DNA of 45,703 nt from an uncultured Salinivenus sp. (GCA_964601725.1 CAZRPQ010000001.1:1-45703), one strand, 5' to 3'; numbered from the stretch's first letter, positions 16,771-28,500 are shown. The notes: generated by a model from the sequence alone, not told the origin. Numbers and translations are program-made.

Positions 16771-19401
16771 TCACGGCCCCTCGCCTGCGGATTCGGATGC
16801 GGATTCGGATGCCGCCGACTCACTGGCGAGCGACGACTCTTCTTCTCCATCCGCACTTGCGCCCTCCGGTTGCTGCTCCGTCTGTTCGATCTGATCAACC
16901 TGGGAGTGCGGGGACGCTTCCGCGAGTTGAGGGCGGGGTTCTTTCGGAGAGCTGGGGCGCCCTCCCTCCTCGGGCTGGGTCCATGCTCCCCACGCGTCCT
17001 GAGTGTAGTCCACCGACACGTTGACAAACGGCCCCCCTGCCAGGAGTGAAACGATTTCGATGTCGGGCTCCTCCGCCTCCTCCTGATCAGGATACTTGAC
17101 TCGGACGTGATAGATGCCAAGGAGCATCTTGAGAAATGTATCCTTGATGAGACGCAGGTCCCGGAACGTCAAGGCCGTATCGTCGAGCTGTCCATCATCG
17201 ATCCGCTCGCTGAAAATTAGCTCGATGAGGTTTTTGAGCCGACGAGGGGAGGGGTCATCGAGACTCCGACTGGCGGCCTCTACCGAGTCAGCGAGCATCA
17301 GAATCCCCGCCTCTTTCGAATCCGGTTTGGGACCCGGGTAGCGAAACTCGGACTCCCGAACGGACTGATCCTTGTCGTCGGTCTGACTCAGGGCCCTGCG
17401 GTAGAAATACTCGATCCGAGCCGTTCCATGATGCATGGGAATAAATTGGAGCACTTGCTCCGGGAGCCCATGCTCACGGCCCATGTCGAGTCCTTCTTTC
17501 ACGTGACTCGCCACAATCAAGGCACTCATTCGGGGCTTCAACTCGTCGTGGGGGTTCGACGCAACCCGCTGATTTTCCACGAAGTACTCAGGCTTCTTCA
17601 TCTTCCCAATGTCGTGATAAAGCGCCCCCACCCGAGTGAGGAGCGTGTGTGCCCCGATCCGCTCGGCGGCCGCCTCGGCGAGATTCGCAACCTGTAGGGT
17701 GTGATTAAACGAGCCGGGCGCCTGTAGACTCAAGTCTTTGAGAAGCTCATTGTTGGTGTCCGAGAGCTCCAGCAGGGTAAGATCCGTCGTAATGTCGAAG
17801 ATCCGCTCCAACGCCCACAGGAAGAGCGAAGACGTGATCGTAATGGCCGACGCGATGCCCGCGTACGCCAAGTCCGGTGCCACTCGGCTGAGGGGAAGGT
17901 CGATGTACAGCCAACTCGCCGCCAGGACGAGCACGTACCCCACGAACACCAGGCCCCCGCTGACAAAGAACTGGCCCCGGTTCTTAATGTCTCGAACGCT
18001 AAAGATTCCGAACGCCCCGGCAAAGAAGGTCGCGAGAGTGTATTCTAGATCAAGCCCAAGCATTTGCCCGCCGGTAATGGCAAGAAGCAGCGTCCCGACC
18101 AGAGCGATTCGAGAGTTGAAGACGATTGTGATCAGGACAGAAGCAAGGGCCACAGGCACGGCGTACAGGGACCACGGGGACCGAATGACAATCCCGTACA
18201 GGAGAATGATGAACGCCAGAATCACCGAAACGAGCAATAGATCCCGATCCTTGGCCCATATTTCTGGTCGAAGCAAGTACAGGTAGAAGAAGAAAAACCC
18301 GAACCCGAGGAGCGTGTAGAGCACCTCGCCACTGAACTTCTGCCAGACAATATCGGAGCCTAACCGCTCGCTCTTGGCCTTCTCAAGGGAGGTGAGTTTA
18401 CGCTTGGTTTCTTGAGTCACCTGCTCCCCTTTGCGCACGATGGGCGCCCCCTCTTCCACCCCTCCCTGGATGGCCGTCACGTTCCGGGCCCGTCGGTCCC
18501 GCTCCTCCTTGGTGTCTTCCCGGAGATATCGAAGGGACGGCTCGAAGATCGCCCGGAACATGGAATGCGCAATCCGTGCATTCTCTCGGTTGTCAGAGAA
18601 TTTCTTCTCCAACTGGCGCTCTGCGTAGTCATAGGCCTCATTCAGACCGTAGAGGCCGCTCTTATCGACCGTCCGCTGAGTGCGCTCCCTTGTGTTACGG
18701 ACAATAATCTCATCGGTAAGGACCGTGTCGCGAGGCCGGTCCAATACGCCGGCATTAAGAAGCTGTCCCCCAACTTCGAAGGCGGAATTGAGTAGACGTT
18801 CGTGGAGCTGAGGGCCCTCCTCGCTTTCCTGACGGGAGGAAGCGGACAAATTCTGAACCTCCTCGAAGTACTGCTTTGCCAGGTACCCCCATTGCACGGC
18901 GGCGAGGGTGACACGGGCATTGCGCCGGCGTTGCACGTACCGCATCGAATCATTCCGGGCTGCCTTTCGCTCCCCCCGTTGTTGGTGATAGCGATAACTC
19001 GCGTAGGCATCAAGAACACGATTCAGCTGCCGGCGAAGGGTGTCCCGGTTCTGCATCATCTGCTGGGGGGCATCCTGGACGTCCCGAAAATACGGAGGCG
19101 TGTTCTTGCGAACCGTATCCCGCCTGGCCTCGACGCGCTCCTCATTGAGGTAGACGGGAAAATTGAACGGCGCCGTAAGGGTAGACTGTCGCCACGTGTC
19201 GCCCACCTCGACCGTGTACTCGTAGAAATCCCCCCGCGGGAAAGCAGCAACCGTAAGGGCCACCAGTGCAAGGAAGAGGCCTCCGCGAAGGAGCCACTTC
19301 CCCCAGCCCCCGTCTTCCTCGGAGCCATCGTCCATCTCTAACTCATGCCCTACAGGCTCGGGCCTCCGACGACTCCAGCCGAGTGTTTCAAGGAGTCCCA
19401 T
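16771..19401 (-). CDS. 7TM-HD phosphohydrolase (PgpH-like, putative c-di-AMP phosphodiesterase)
   Basis: Extracellular 7TMR-HDED region, TM bundle, APGSFNH, LYHDIGK, HHGT, LADSVEAASRS. Confidence 0.92.
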   Translation of the reverse strand: MGLLETLGWSRRRPEPVGHELEMDDGSEEDGGWGKWLLRGGLFLALVALTVAAFPRGDFYEYTVEVGDTWRQSTLTAPFNFPVYLNEERVEARRDTVRKNTPPYFRDVQDAPQQMMQNRDTLRRQLNRVLDAYASYRYHQQRGERKAARNDSMRYVQRRRNARVTLAAVQWGYLAKQYFEEVQNLSASSRQESEEGPQLHERLLNSAFEVGGQLLNAGVLDRPRDTVLTDEIIVRNTRERTQRTVDKSGLYGLNEAYDYAERQLEKKFSDNRENARIAHSMFRAIFEPSLRYLREDTKEERDRRARNVTAIQGGVEEGAPIVRKGEQVTQETKRKLTSLEKAKSERLGSDIVWQKFSGEVLYTLLGFGFFFFYLYLLRPEIWAKDRDLLLVSVILAFIILLYGIVIRSPWSLYAVPVALASVLITIVFNSRIALVGTLLLAITGGQMLGLDLEYTLATFFAGAFGIFSVRDIKNRGQFFVSGGLVFVGYVLVLAASWLYIDLPLSRVAPDLAYAGIASAITITSSLFLWALERIFDITTDLTLLELSDTNNELLKDLSLQAPGSFNHTLQVANLAEAAAERIGAHTLLTRVGALYHDIGKMKKPEYFVENQRVASNPHDELKPRMSALIVASHVKEGLDMGREHGLPEQVLQFIPMHHGTARIEYFYRRALSQTDDKDQSVRESEFRYPGPKPDSKEAGILMLADSVEAASRSLDDPSPRRLKNLIELIFSERIDDGQLDDTALTFRDLRLIKDTFLKMLLGIYHVRVKYPDQEEAEEPDIEIVSLLAGGPFVNVSVDYTQDAWGAWTQPEEGGRPSSPKEPRPQLAEASPHSQVDQIEQTEQQPEGASADGEEESSLASESAASESASESAGEGP

Positions 19402-19521
19402 GTTGAACCGTATTAGTAATGACTGGTGCAATCCCCCGCTCGGCAGCAAACCACACGGGGACGCAAAACTCTGAATGCACGTAGAGGCGAGGAGGATCCT
19501 CAACGGTCCTGGCCTCCGTGA

Positions 19522-20832
19522 CTACCTCCTCGTCCCGTCGGGAAGGAGGCCGGAACGCGAGAGGGAGTCCGCGACCGAAGACGGCGCACCGCCCCACACA
19601 GTGTCGGGGGAACTCGGAACTGTAGACGGGGCGGCCCGAAGCGTGTCAAAAAATCGGCGGGCTTTGTCTCGGGTAATCACGATCCGTCCCTCGTCGTCTG
19701 TTCGGGACACCGGATAGGAATACCGCTCGAACAGTAGACGAAGACTGTCGAGCTGGTTCTGGAGCGTAATTCGACGAAGGAACGGAAACACCCTTGCGTC
19801 CCCCTCTTCGATCCAGTAGGGACGGCGAAGATTGTCGTCCTGCTGCACCCGCATTTCGCGGACGTCCGAGGTAGCAAGGACCGTCACGTACAGCGTGTCG
19901 CCGAGCGTCACGTCGGCTCGGGGACGCCGATCGGCGGGTTGCGTGTCCGCAGAAGAGCTGTCCCCAGCGACGGTCGAGTCGGGAAAAGATGGCTCAGCGG
20001 ACACCCCGGCACGAGGGGACGGGTCGGAGGGAGAGTCCGGAGCCGGATCGCCGTCTCCCAGATAGGTGCTGATCAGCGTCCCGCCTACGCCGATCACGAG
20101 GAGACCAAGGATTCCGACGAGGAGTGTATTCCGGTGCTCCGTCCAGAATCCACTCGCCTCCCCAACATCCTCCCCAACATCCGTGGCCCTCGCCGAGCGG
20201 GTCGGCACCTGCTTCGGGAGTGACTCGGAGGGTCGGTCGGGAGGGACATCTGATCCGCCGCTCTCAGAGGACGAGGGGGGAACGACCGGACTCCCTTCGG
20301 CGTCCGTCGGGGGGCGTTGCTTCTCTTGTTCCCTCTCAGTCGGAGAACTCTCGGGAACCGGGGACTGTGCATCCTCCGCAGCATCACCGTCAGGGTCCGC
20401 CGAGGAGCCCTGCTGAGAGTCGTCATCGTCCTCCTCCGCCAGGGACTTCGCCGACGAGGCGGCGTCTGGTAGATCCGACGACGGGTCTGGCTCGGCGATC
20501 GACGGCGGGACGTCGAGATACTGCACAGCGAGCTGGTTTTGGTACTCGCCCGCGCGGGCCGACTCAAGACAATCAAGGACCGGCTCGGACGGAAGCCCGA
20601 CGGCCTCAGCGTAGGTCCGCACAAACGCCCGCAGGTACACGGGCGTCATCTTTGACTGATCGTACAGGGTCCCCGCTTCGAAGGAGCGGAGCTGGGACTC
20701 GGGGGCCTGCAGGGCCTCTTGAAGTGCCCCAATGGCCACCTCCCGGTCCTCGCGGATCCGGCGAAGATCACGGGCAAACCGCTGGAGGGCGCTCGTGTCC
20801 GAGTCGTTGGCCATAGGGGACTCGTTGGCCAT
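19522..20832 (-). CDS. RodZ-like HTH membrane protein
   Basis: N-terminal HTH_25-like region (LRRIRE...YLRAFVRTYAEAVGL), acidic linker, one TM segment, C-terminal beta domain. Confidence 0.8.
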   Translation of the reverse strand: MANESPMANDSDTSALQRFARDLRRIREDREVAIGALQEALQAPESQLRSFEAGTLYDQSKMTPVYLRAFVRTYAEAVGLPSEPVLDCLESARAGEYQNQLAVQYLDVPPSIAEPDPSSDLPDAASSAKSLAEEDDDDSQQGSSADPDGDAAEDAQSPVPESSPTEREQEKQRPPTDAEGSPVVPPSSSESGGSDVPPDRPSESLPKQVPTRSARATDVGEDVGEASGFWTEHRNTLLVGILGLLVIGVGGTLISTYLGDGDPAPDSPSDPSPRAGVSAEPSFPDSTVAGDSSSADTQPADRRPRADVTLGDTLYVTVLATSDVREMRVQQDDNLRRPYWIEEGDARVFPFLRRITLQNQLDSLRLLFERYSYPVSRTDDEGRIVITRDKARRFFDTLRAAPSTVPSSPDTVWGGAPSSVADSLSRSGLLPDGTRR

Positions 20833-20925
20833 GGGTACGGAAACGCTCGGTGGCAGGACCCAACGTCATCCAGTCCCATCGTAGACTGGGATCGCGTAGG
20901 TGGCGTTACCGCCAAACCCGCACAG

Positions 20926-20961
20926 AAAAGGGCCGTTCCCGCTGTGACAGGGGAACGGCCC
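20926..20961 (-). terminator. Intrinsic terminator after tRNA-Pro
   Basis: Perfect 11-bp stem GGGCCGTTCCC/GGGAACGGCCC followed by TTTT on the minus strand. Confidence 0.85.
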
Positions 20962-20976
20962 AAGAGATTGCAAAAG

Positions 20977-21050
20977 TCGGGACGGCGGGATTTGAACCCG
21001 CGACCTCATGTACCCCATACATGTGCGCTACCGAGCTGCGCCACGTCCCG
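20977..21050 (-). tRNA. tRNA-Pro (GGG), CCA not encoded
   Basis: CGGGACG acceptor stem, GCGC D-stem, CATGT-ATGGGGT-ACATG anticodon arm, GCGGG-TTCAAAT-CCCGC T arm. Confidence 0.97.
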
Positions 21051-21188
21051 CATGATCAAAAGCACTCACCTAATATGAGACAGGAGCGTGCGGGTTCTGA
21101 GGATCGGTGCGGATTGCCGACGGGAACCTTGTGAGTTCTCGACGAAGGAAATCTCAGCGGAAGTTCGACACACCGGTCGGACCCGCCA

Positions 21189-22418
21189 TCACGTCACCTG
21201 AGCCTCGGCCGGAGACCGAAGCGAGGACTGCACCTCTACCTCGCTATGCAGGGTGCGGTGTACGGGGCACTTATTGGCGATTTCGAGCAGCCGCTGGCGC
21301 TGAGCGTCGGTCAGGGCCCCTCGGACTTCAATTTCTCGCTCGATGTGGTCGATCTTTCCCTGTTCAGTTTCGCAACTCTCACAGTCCTCCGCGTGGATTT
21401 TTTCGTGCGAGAGGCGCACAATCGTCTCTTCTAGGGGCCACTCCTTGCGGTCGGCGTACATGCGGAGCGTCATGCCCGTGCAGCTGCCGAGGGCCGACAG
21501 GAGGAGGTCGTACGGCGTGGGGCCGGAATCGTCGCCCCCCACCTCCTCGGGCTCATCGCCAACCAGGGAATGCCGTCCAGCCTGGATGTCAGTGCGGTAG
21601 GCCTCCCCGGTCCGGGTGGTGACCCCTCCGTCCGGCATTTCGGGCTCGGACTGGGAGCGGTCTACGTACTTCTCCGCCCAGGCGCCGAGCACCACGCCGA
21701 CGTATTCCGCGTCGGCCCGGTCGGTGAGAAGATGGTCGGCGTCGTCGAGCGAAACGAAGCTCTTCGGGTGCTTCGCGGCCTGAAAAATCCGCCCGGCATT
21801 GTCCACGCCCACCGTTCGATCCACGGGCGAGTGAAACACCAGAAGCGCCCGCCCGAGCGTCTGGATGGACTCTTCCATCTTCGTCGCAGCCAGATCGTCG
21901 AGAAACTGCTTCCGGATGGTAAAGGTGCGTCCCGCGAGGGTGATGCGCGCCTCCCCCTTCGCTTTAATGTCCTCGACGGCGTCTTCCAGGTGGCGGGTAA
22001 CGTGTTCAGGATCGTACGGGGCCGCAATGGTCGACACCGCCTGCACACTGTCGAGCCGATGGGCCGCCTGCAGCACGGCCGCGCCCCCGAGGGAATGGCC
22101 CACCAAAATCCGGGGGGCCTCGTAGTGCTCGGTCAGAAAGTCAGCCGCGACGACGAGGTCGTCGATGTTAGACGAGAAGTTGGTGTCGGCAAAGTCCCCT
22201 TCACTCTCCCCGAGCCCCGTGAAGTCGAAGCGGAGGACGGCGATGCCGTGCCGATTCAGGGCCCGACTGATCGCCCCCACGGCCCGCAAGTCTTTTGAGC
22301 AGGTGAAGCAGTGGGCAAAAAGAGCGAAGGCGCAGGGGGACTCCCCGTCGGGAAGGTCGAGCCGAGCGGCGAGATTATCACCCGCAGGATTCTCGAAGTG
22401 GAGTTTCTTGGATGGCAT
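21189..22418 (-). CDS. Bifunctional alpha/beta hydrolase / OsmC family protein
   Basis: AHCFTC, RFDFTGLGES, GHSLGG. C-terminal GPTPYDLLLSALGSCT...KCPVHRTL. Confidence 0.94.
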   Translation of the reverse strand: MPSKKLHFENPAGDNLAARLDLPDGESPCAFALFAHCFTCSKDLRAVGAISRALNRHGIAVLRFDFTGLGESEGDFADTNFSSNIDDLVVAADFLTEHYEAPRILVGHSLGGAAVLQAAHRLDSVQAVSTIAAPYDPEHVTRHLEDAVEDIKAKGEARITLAGRTFTIRKQFLDDLAATKMEESIQTLGRALLVFHSPVDRTVGVDNAGRIFQAAKHPKSFVSLDDADHLLTDRADAEYVGVVLGAWAEKYVDRSQSEPEMPDGGVTTRTGEAYRTDIQAGRHSLVGDEPEEVGGDDSGPTPYDLLLSALGSCTGMTLRMYADRKEWPLEETIVRLSHEKIHAEDCESCETEQGKIDHIEREIEVRGALTDAQRQRLLEIANKCPVHRTLHSEVEVQSSLRSPAEAQVT

Positions 22419-22497
22419 CGATTGTAAACGTGAACTCGTGAAAGAGAACAAAGATATGAATCTCAGCCTGTCGTGGACCCGGCCATGGCGTTGGGCA

Positions 22498-23280
22498 TCA
22501 AAGACTTTCTATGGTCGACCTGGATGGGATGTCGAAGGAAAATCGACGGGACTCGTCGGGCGTGCCGCGGTCGTAGTTTCGTTCGACGAACGTCACCGCC
22601 CCGGACCGGTGCACGAGGATGACGGTGGAGGTCCGCGTCCCATACTTCTCGCCCTCGATAAACGGGGGAGAGAGCATTCGCTCCGTCTCCTGCCCCACCC
22701 CCGTACTCGGGAGCTCATCGTCCGGGGCAGGCCGCCGGTCGTCGAGGAGGTCGAGCAGGCCTTCGGCCGTGACCTGGTCGTCGAGCACGGCCCGCAGTCT
22801 TGACGTTCCGCGCTCCACCTTTGGCCACGGGTCATCGAGTTGGGCGTTGCTCATGCCGTGGATGCCCGCCGCGACCGGCCGTGGCGATCCGTCCCGGTTC
22901 GAGAGGTAGAGGGTCTCCTCCGGCGTCCCGACGAGCAGATTGAATCCGTTGTACTGATCGGCCTTTGCCTGAACCGACCGGAGATACGCCTCCGGGGCCG
23001 GTTCGTCCGTCAGGTAGTCCGCCACGAGGTGACCTCGCGACGGCGCGTCCTCCCGATGCGGCCGTTGATCGCGCACGTTGGTGACGGTGGCCCAGTGCCC
23101 GCGCTGCGTGATCCCCAGCCACGTCCCCCCGGCTTTGAGGTCCCGCCCCCCGAGGACGTGCGGCGCGTCGTCCCAAAACGCGGCCGAAGCCGCAGGTCGG
23201 TCGTAGAACTCGTCCCGGTTGCCCGCAAAGACGAGGGGATACTCGGGATGAGCGTCCTGTGCGAGGAGAATCAGACACAT
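22498..23280 (-). CDS. NRDE family (TANGO2-like) protein
   Basis: MCLI N-terminus, NRDEF, GGRD...GGTWLG, SRG, YGTR. Confidence 0.95.
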   Translation of the reverse strand: MCLILLAQDAHPEYPLVFAGNRDEFYDRPAASAAFWDDAPHVLGGRDLKAGGTWLGITQRGHWATVTNVRDQRPHREDAPSRGHLVADYLTDEPAPEAYLRSVQAKADQYNGFNLLVGTPEETLYLSNRDGSPRPVAAGIHGMSNAQLDDPWPKVERGTSRLRAVLDDQVTAEGLLDLLDDRRPAPDDELPSTGVGQETERMLSPPFIEGEKYGTRTSTVILVHRSGAVTFVERNYDRGTPDESRRFSFDIPSRSTIESL

Positions 23281-23350
23281 GGGGGGAGCCCGATTGTTGG
23301 AAAGTCCGTTCGCGAGAGGGGAGCCGCGTTACTCGGGGATCGAGGGCGGA

Positions 23351-23929
23351 CTACTCCTCTCGCTTCTCTACGGCATAGAGACGGGGGAGATCGGCCGTCT
23401 GGTTCGCGAACTGGTAGGACAATGCACGAAACGTGTTTTCGGAAAGCGCCGACACCCACGACTCCACGGCCTGGGCTTCCGCCTCTCCCCCGTCGTGTCC
23501 CGTGTACACCACGACCGTGATCACCCCGCCGGGCCGGAGCAGGTCCGCGCTCGTGTCGAGGGCCCGGCACGTCGTCTCGGGCGCCGTCGTCACGGAATGG
23601 TCGCCCCCGGGCAAGTACCCCAGGTTAAACATCACGGCTCCCACGGTGCCGAAATCGCCCTCGCCCAGATGGCTCGCCATGGTCTCGTGGCCGGCGTGGA
23701 CGAGTCGGAGCGGCGCGTCGGGGACGTCCGCCCGGACCCGCCGACGCGTTTCATCGAGCGCCTCCTCCTGAATGTCAAACCCCACGACGCGCCCCTCGAG
23801 CCCGACCGCCCGCACCAAAAACAACGTGTCATGCCCGTTGCCCACCGTGGCGTCGACCGCGAGCTCCCCAGGAGTCAGCGCTCGACCGGCCAACATGTGG
23901 GCAGCGTCTAGAACGTACGGAATCGCCAT
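23351..23929 (-). CDS. YtqB/MnmM-like SAM-dependent RNA methyltransferase
   Basis: VDATVGNGHDT, GFDIQ, FNLGYLPGGD, YTGHDGG. Confidence 0.9.
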   Translation of the reverse strand: MAIPYVLDAAHMLAGRALTPGELAVDATVGNGHDTLFLVRAVGLEGRVVGFDIQEEALDETRRRVRADVPDAPLRLVHAGHETMASHLGEGDFGTVGAVMFNLGYLPGGDHSVTTAPETTCRALDTSADLLRPGGVITVVVYTGHDGGEAEAQAVESWVSALSENTFRALSYQFANQTADLPRLYAVEKREE

Positions 23930-24107
23930 GAGGAACGTGCGCAAGTCACGAGAGATCAGCCCAGCCAGGCGGCACCGAACCGACGGCGAAGCGGGCAGGC
24001 TGGCCGGAAGGGCCGTGGAGAACGACACCATCAGGAAAATACAGGAGCCATCCTGAATGGGTCCGCCCCCCTCGCCCCCGAGCGATGGTCCATCAACACC
24101 TCGGGTT

Positions 24108-24272
24108 ATACCATCTGCTCAGGATCATTGAACAGGTCTTTGATGGTCGTCGAGATCAGCAAATTCGGTAGAACAGAACTCAAACCTGGCTGCAGAGACG
24201 ACCGGACCGGTCGTCGCTACGTGAACGGATGGGAACGCAAGTGTACATCGAAAGCTCGCATTCGGGATTACG
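24108..24272. repeat. Intergenic REP/MITE-like repeat, copy 2
   Basis: Left end ATACCATCTGC is identical to copy 3. Perfect palindrome GACGACCGG-A-CCGGTCGTC with GTAG on the minus strand, and a tail shared with copy 1. Confidence 0.85.
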
Positions 24273-24400
24273 AGCTGACCAACCGACCGCCGAACGGCGT
24301 CCAGATTGCGCCGCTCGCTCGAATTCTCCACGGAGGACGAACCTCCCGACTCGCAAGTCCGTGAAGCACCGAACTCATTCTTCCACATTCCCGCATCTTC

Positions 24401-25483
24401 ATGGCTGTCCGCGTCGATCTTGGGGCTCGGAGCTACACCGTCCACTTCCGCTCGCTGTCGACAGTCCCCGCGCTACTGGACGAGGCGGGCCTGCACCCGG
24501 GACGGTGCCTCCTCGTGACCGACGAAAACGTCGCTGCGCATTATCGCACGCCGCTCATTGAGGGGCTTTCCAACGCCGACTGGACCGTGCGTTCTGTCGT
24601 GCTCCCGCCCGGGGAGGAGACCAAGTCGGCCTCCTGCCTCCACACCGTCTACGACGAGGCGCTCGAATGGGGCATCGACCGGCAGACGCCCGTTCTCGCG
24701 CTCGGCGGGGGCGTCATCGGAGACCTGGCCGGATTCGCGGCCGCCACGCTCCTGCGCGGCCTTCCCCTCGTACAGCTTCCCACCTCCCTTCTCGCCCAGG
24801 TCGACGCGTCGGTGGGCGGCAAGACGGCCATCAACCACGCAACCGGGAAGAACCTCATCGGCGCCTTCTACCAGCCGGAGGTTGTCTGTGCGGATCCGGT
24901 GACGCTCGACACCCTTCCGATGCGGGAGTATACGAGCGGGATGGCCGAGGTCGTGAAGCACGCGCTGATCAAAGACCCGGAGCTCTTCGAACGCCTGGAC
25001 GATCATCTCGTCCCGGTAATGGCCCGAAAGGACCGCGCAATTGTGTCGACTGTCATCGAACAGGCAGTGCGCGTGAAGGCGGAGGTCGTGAGCGCCGACG
25101 AACGAGAAGAGGGTCGGCGAGCCATCCTCAATTTCGGCCACACGTTTGCCCATGCGCTGGAACGCGTCGCGGGATACGGCGCTTTCAGCCACGGGGAAGC
25201 CGTGGCCCTCGGCATGCGGGCGGGCCTGTACCTCTCCCATCAGCGCCACCCGGAGTCCATCCCCCGAGACCGAATCGATCACGTCATCGACGCCATTCCG
25301 GTCGGGGGCGATCCGTCGGCCGTGCCCTTCCCGAAGCTCTATGAGGCCATGTCAGCGGACAAGAAAAATCGGGGCGACACGATTCGCTTCGTCCTCCTGG
25401 AGCGCCTGGGACACGCCTACGTCACGAGCGAGGTATCGAAAGCGGAAGCCCGTCATGCATGGGACTTCGCCTGTTCATCCTGA
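24401..25483 (+). CDS. aroB: 3-dehydroquinate synthase
   Basis: GEETKS, LGGGVIGDLAGF, PTSLLAQVDASVGGKT, KNLIGAFYQP, LNFGHTFAHA. Confidence 0.97.
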   Translation: MAVRVDLGARSYTVHFRSLSTVPALLDEAGLHPGRCLLVTDENVAAHYRTPLIEGLSNADWTVRSVVLPPGEETKSASCLHTVYDEALEWGIDRQTPVLALGGGVIGDLAGFAAATLLRGLPLVQLPTSLLAQVDASVGGKTAINHATGKNLIGAFYQPEVVCADPVTLDTLPMREYTSGMAEVVKHALIKDPELFERLDDHLVPVMARKDRAIVSTVIEQAVRVKAEVVSADEREEGRRAILNFGHTFAHALERVAGYGAFSHGEAVALGMRAGLYLSHQRHPESIPRDRIDHVIDAIPVGGDPSAVPFPKLYEAMSADKKNRGDTIRFVLLERLGHAYVTSEVSKAEARHAWDFACSS

Positions 25484-25570
25484 AACGCCGATCCAGTTCA
25501 GTCGTGTGAGCATACTCACGGCGACAGCCAAAGATGGCGCCACGCTTCAACCCCACCTCGGTGTCCCTTC

Positions 25571-28500
25571 GTGCCCAACTCGTCTTCCCGCCGCTCCTTG
25601 ACGCAGCCCTTGTGGCGATCGGTGCGAGTGGCCCTCGCCGCAGTGCTGGTGGGCGTCGTGATTTTTGTGGGCCTCACCCGTACGCAGGTGGGGCGGGGCA
25701 CCATTCAGCAGCAGGTAGAGGCCGTATTCAACCAACGCTTCGAGGGACGCCTTTCCATCGGCGCTCTGAGTGGCACCCTGATCGACGACGTCGTGGCCAC
25801 CAACGTCCAGCTTCGAGCCCCCTCCGGGGACCTCGTAGCCACCGTCGACTCGATTCGGGGGACGCCCCAGTGGGCCAACCTCCTTACCGCGACATTCTCG
25901 GTGCGGAGCCTCACGCTCTTCCGTCCTCACCTGTCTCTCCACCGGGATTCGACGGGGAGGTGGAACGTTGCTCAGGCCCTCCAGCGAAAAACGGCCTCCC
26001 CTGAGCCCAACCAACCGCTCGACCTGAGCTTCGCCGACTTTGAGGTGCAGAACGGCCGCGTGACGACGACCCGAGAGGGCCCAGCGCCCGACGTCGTCCG
26101 GGAGGACTGGGTGTTCGACTATACCCAGTCACGGATCACCGACATTTCCTTCAAGGCTTCTGCCCAGCGGGTCGGATCCACCGCCCGTCTCAAAATCACC
26201 AACGCCTCCTTTGGGCTGCCGGGACGCCGTCTCAAGACCTCCCTCTTCGGGGGTCGACTGCGCCGGACGGAGACCGGGTGGTCGCTCAGAGACTTCGATC
26301 TATCCCTGGGCACATCGCACATTCGGGGGCAATCCTCGCTACAAACTGTGGCCCGAGGCGCTGCTCAGAATACCTTCTCCCTGGAGCTCGACCGAAGCCG
26401 CATCGACCACGATGAGCTGCGGCGCCTTGTGCCGCGACTGCCGTTCGCGGAAACCATGACGGTTCGGGGCACGGTGGAGGGCACCCCCACCCGTCTCCGT
26501 GCAGACGACATCACCGTGACCCACGACTCCTCGTTCGCCACCGTCGACGGGACCATCTCCAAGAAGTCAGAGGTTCTGACCCTGGATCTGGACCTGGCGA
26601 AGAGTCGTCTCGTTCCGGAAGACGTTCGGGAGATCTGGCCGGGGCTTCCCGCCCTCCCAGGCTCCGAGATTGGTCCGCTAGACCTGGAAGGCACGCTCCA
26701 AGGCACCACGGCCCGCCCCCAGCCCCCCCAGGGCACGTTCGATTTAGAGGCCCAGGGTACGGCCCAAAGTCCGCACGGCACCGTGCGGGGATCCCTGGCC
26801 GTCGCGCGGGCCAGCAGTGCGCCCCTAAGCTACAGCACCTCGTTCGAGGCCGACAGTCTCAACCTCGCTCCGCTCACGGGCCAGCCGTCCCTCTCCAGTC
26901 GCCTGAACGGCCGCGTGGAGGTGCAGGGCAGCGGAACGGAGATCGACTCCATGCAAGGGACGATGGATCTCTCCCTCTCCCCCTCCCGCATTGCCGGACG
27001 CCCCCTCGCGTCGGCCGACGGTCAACTCGAGATGAACGGCGACAGCACGAAGGGAACGCTTACGATGCGGCAGAAAGAAGGGGGGCGGATTTTCCTTAAA
27101 GGCTCTGCCGACCGGCTGGGCAGTCGTCCTGCGTACACCGTCGTAGCGTCGAGCTCCGACCTTGACCTTGCGTCCATCGGAGAGAACCTGCCCTCTACCA
27201 CCCTCAATGCCCGTCTTACTCTGGGCGCCTCCGGGATTGAGTGGCAGCCGCTTACGGGAACAGCTGTCTTGAACGTCGACAGCTCGAAGGTCTCTCGCGG
27301 GGACAGCACCATGGTTCTCCCTCCCCACTCCGCGACCCTCCGCCTCGCCGACCGGGACGCCGACCGCCCTCGGCTGGAGATCACCGGCTCCGTGGCAACG
27401 GTCACGGCCGATGGGTCCTCCCTCGGGCCGCCCCTCTGGTCGACGGCTCGCACCTGGGGGCTCGCATTCCGCGACGCTGTGCGGCGGGCACGCAACAAGA
27501 CCGCACCCACCCAGGTACAGCCGTCGATGTACCCGCTTCCTCAGGCCGCCTCCGTGGCCGCTCCGCCTCCTCGGACAAAACCCCGGACGAGCCTCCCTCG
27601 GCCGCAAGCGCCCGGCCCCATCGACGCCGAGGTCGACCTCCGCGTCCACCAGCCCGAAATACTGAACGCCTGGTGGTCCACGTTTCCAGAAGAAGCAGAA
27701 GGATTTTCTGCGGAGGCGGCCCTCACCGTCGGTGCAGACACCCTCCATTCTACGGGACAGGTCTCGGCGGCGTACCTCCAGTCCGGCACGAAGGAGGTAG
27801 AGGGCTTTGAGGTGCAGTACGAGGTTGGGGGCCGGCTTGGAGCGCCCCTTGCAGAGTCGATGACGGCCACGACCACGGTGTCTGCGCGTCGCGTGGCGGT
27901 CGGGGGTCCTCCCCTGATGGATGCGTCCGCCTCCCTTTCCTACGGCGCTCGGTCGGGGACGCTCGAGATTACAGCCGACAGTATGGGCATCGCGGAGTCC
28001 CTCCGCCTAACCAGTGAGCTGCGCATAACCCCGACCACGAACGAGCTGCGGGTGCGTCAGGTCTCGGTAGACGTGAACGGAAACACGTGGACGAATCCCT
28101 CCCCGGCGTCGGTTCTGGCCTACGCAAACACGATCGTCGTCACGCCCTTCGTCCTCCGAGAACCCCATCCTCAGAGCCCCTCTCTCCAGCGGATGCGGGT
28201 GGGGGGCGTCCTCTCACCGCGGGCCACCGATACCCTCTCCGTTGAGGCCACGAACGTATACCTTCCTCCTCTCTCTGAGGGCACCGGACTGCCCCACGTC
28301 CTCGGGGGAAACCTGAATGCACAGCTACGTCTCCGCGGCGGCTGGGGACGCCCCACGCTCGTCGGCGACCTCTCTGTTCGTCGCCTCTCCTACGACCGAC
28401 GCCTTCTCGGGGACGCGCGTTTCCACGCAGAATATTCTGCCGATTCCCCGGACCTTCGCGTCAACGGGTCGCTCGAAGCGGACGTCACGACCGTGGACAG

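Noticed and set aside
16786-20832. Short in-frame tandem repeats (12 bp at 16786-16809, 12 bp near 20158-20181, duplicated MANESP/MANDSD start)
   Set aside because: Ordinary slippage in disordered protein termini and linkers; two units only and frame-preserving.
20977-21050. tRNA-Pro as an integration site for the recombinase
   Set aside because: No duplicated tRNA 3' end was seen near the recombinase or elsewhere, and the flanking genes are housekeeping.
11311-24272. CRISPR interpretation of the repeats
   Set aside because: Copies are dispersed 13-20 kb apart, with no regular spacers and no cas genes.
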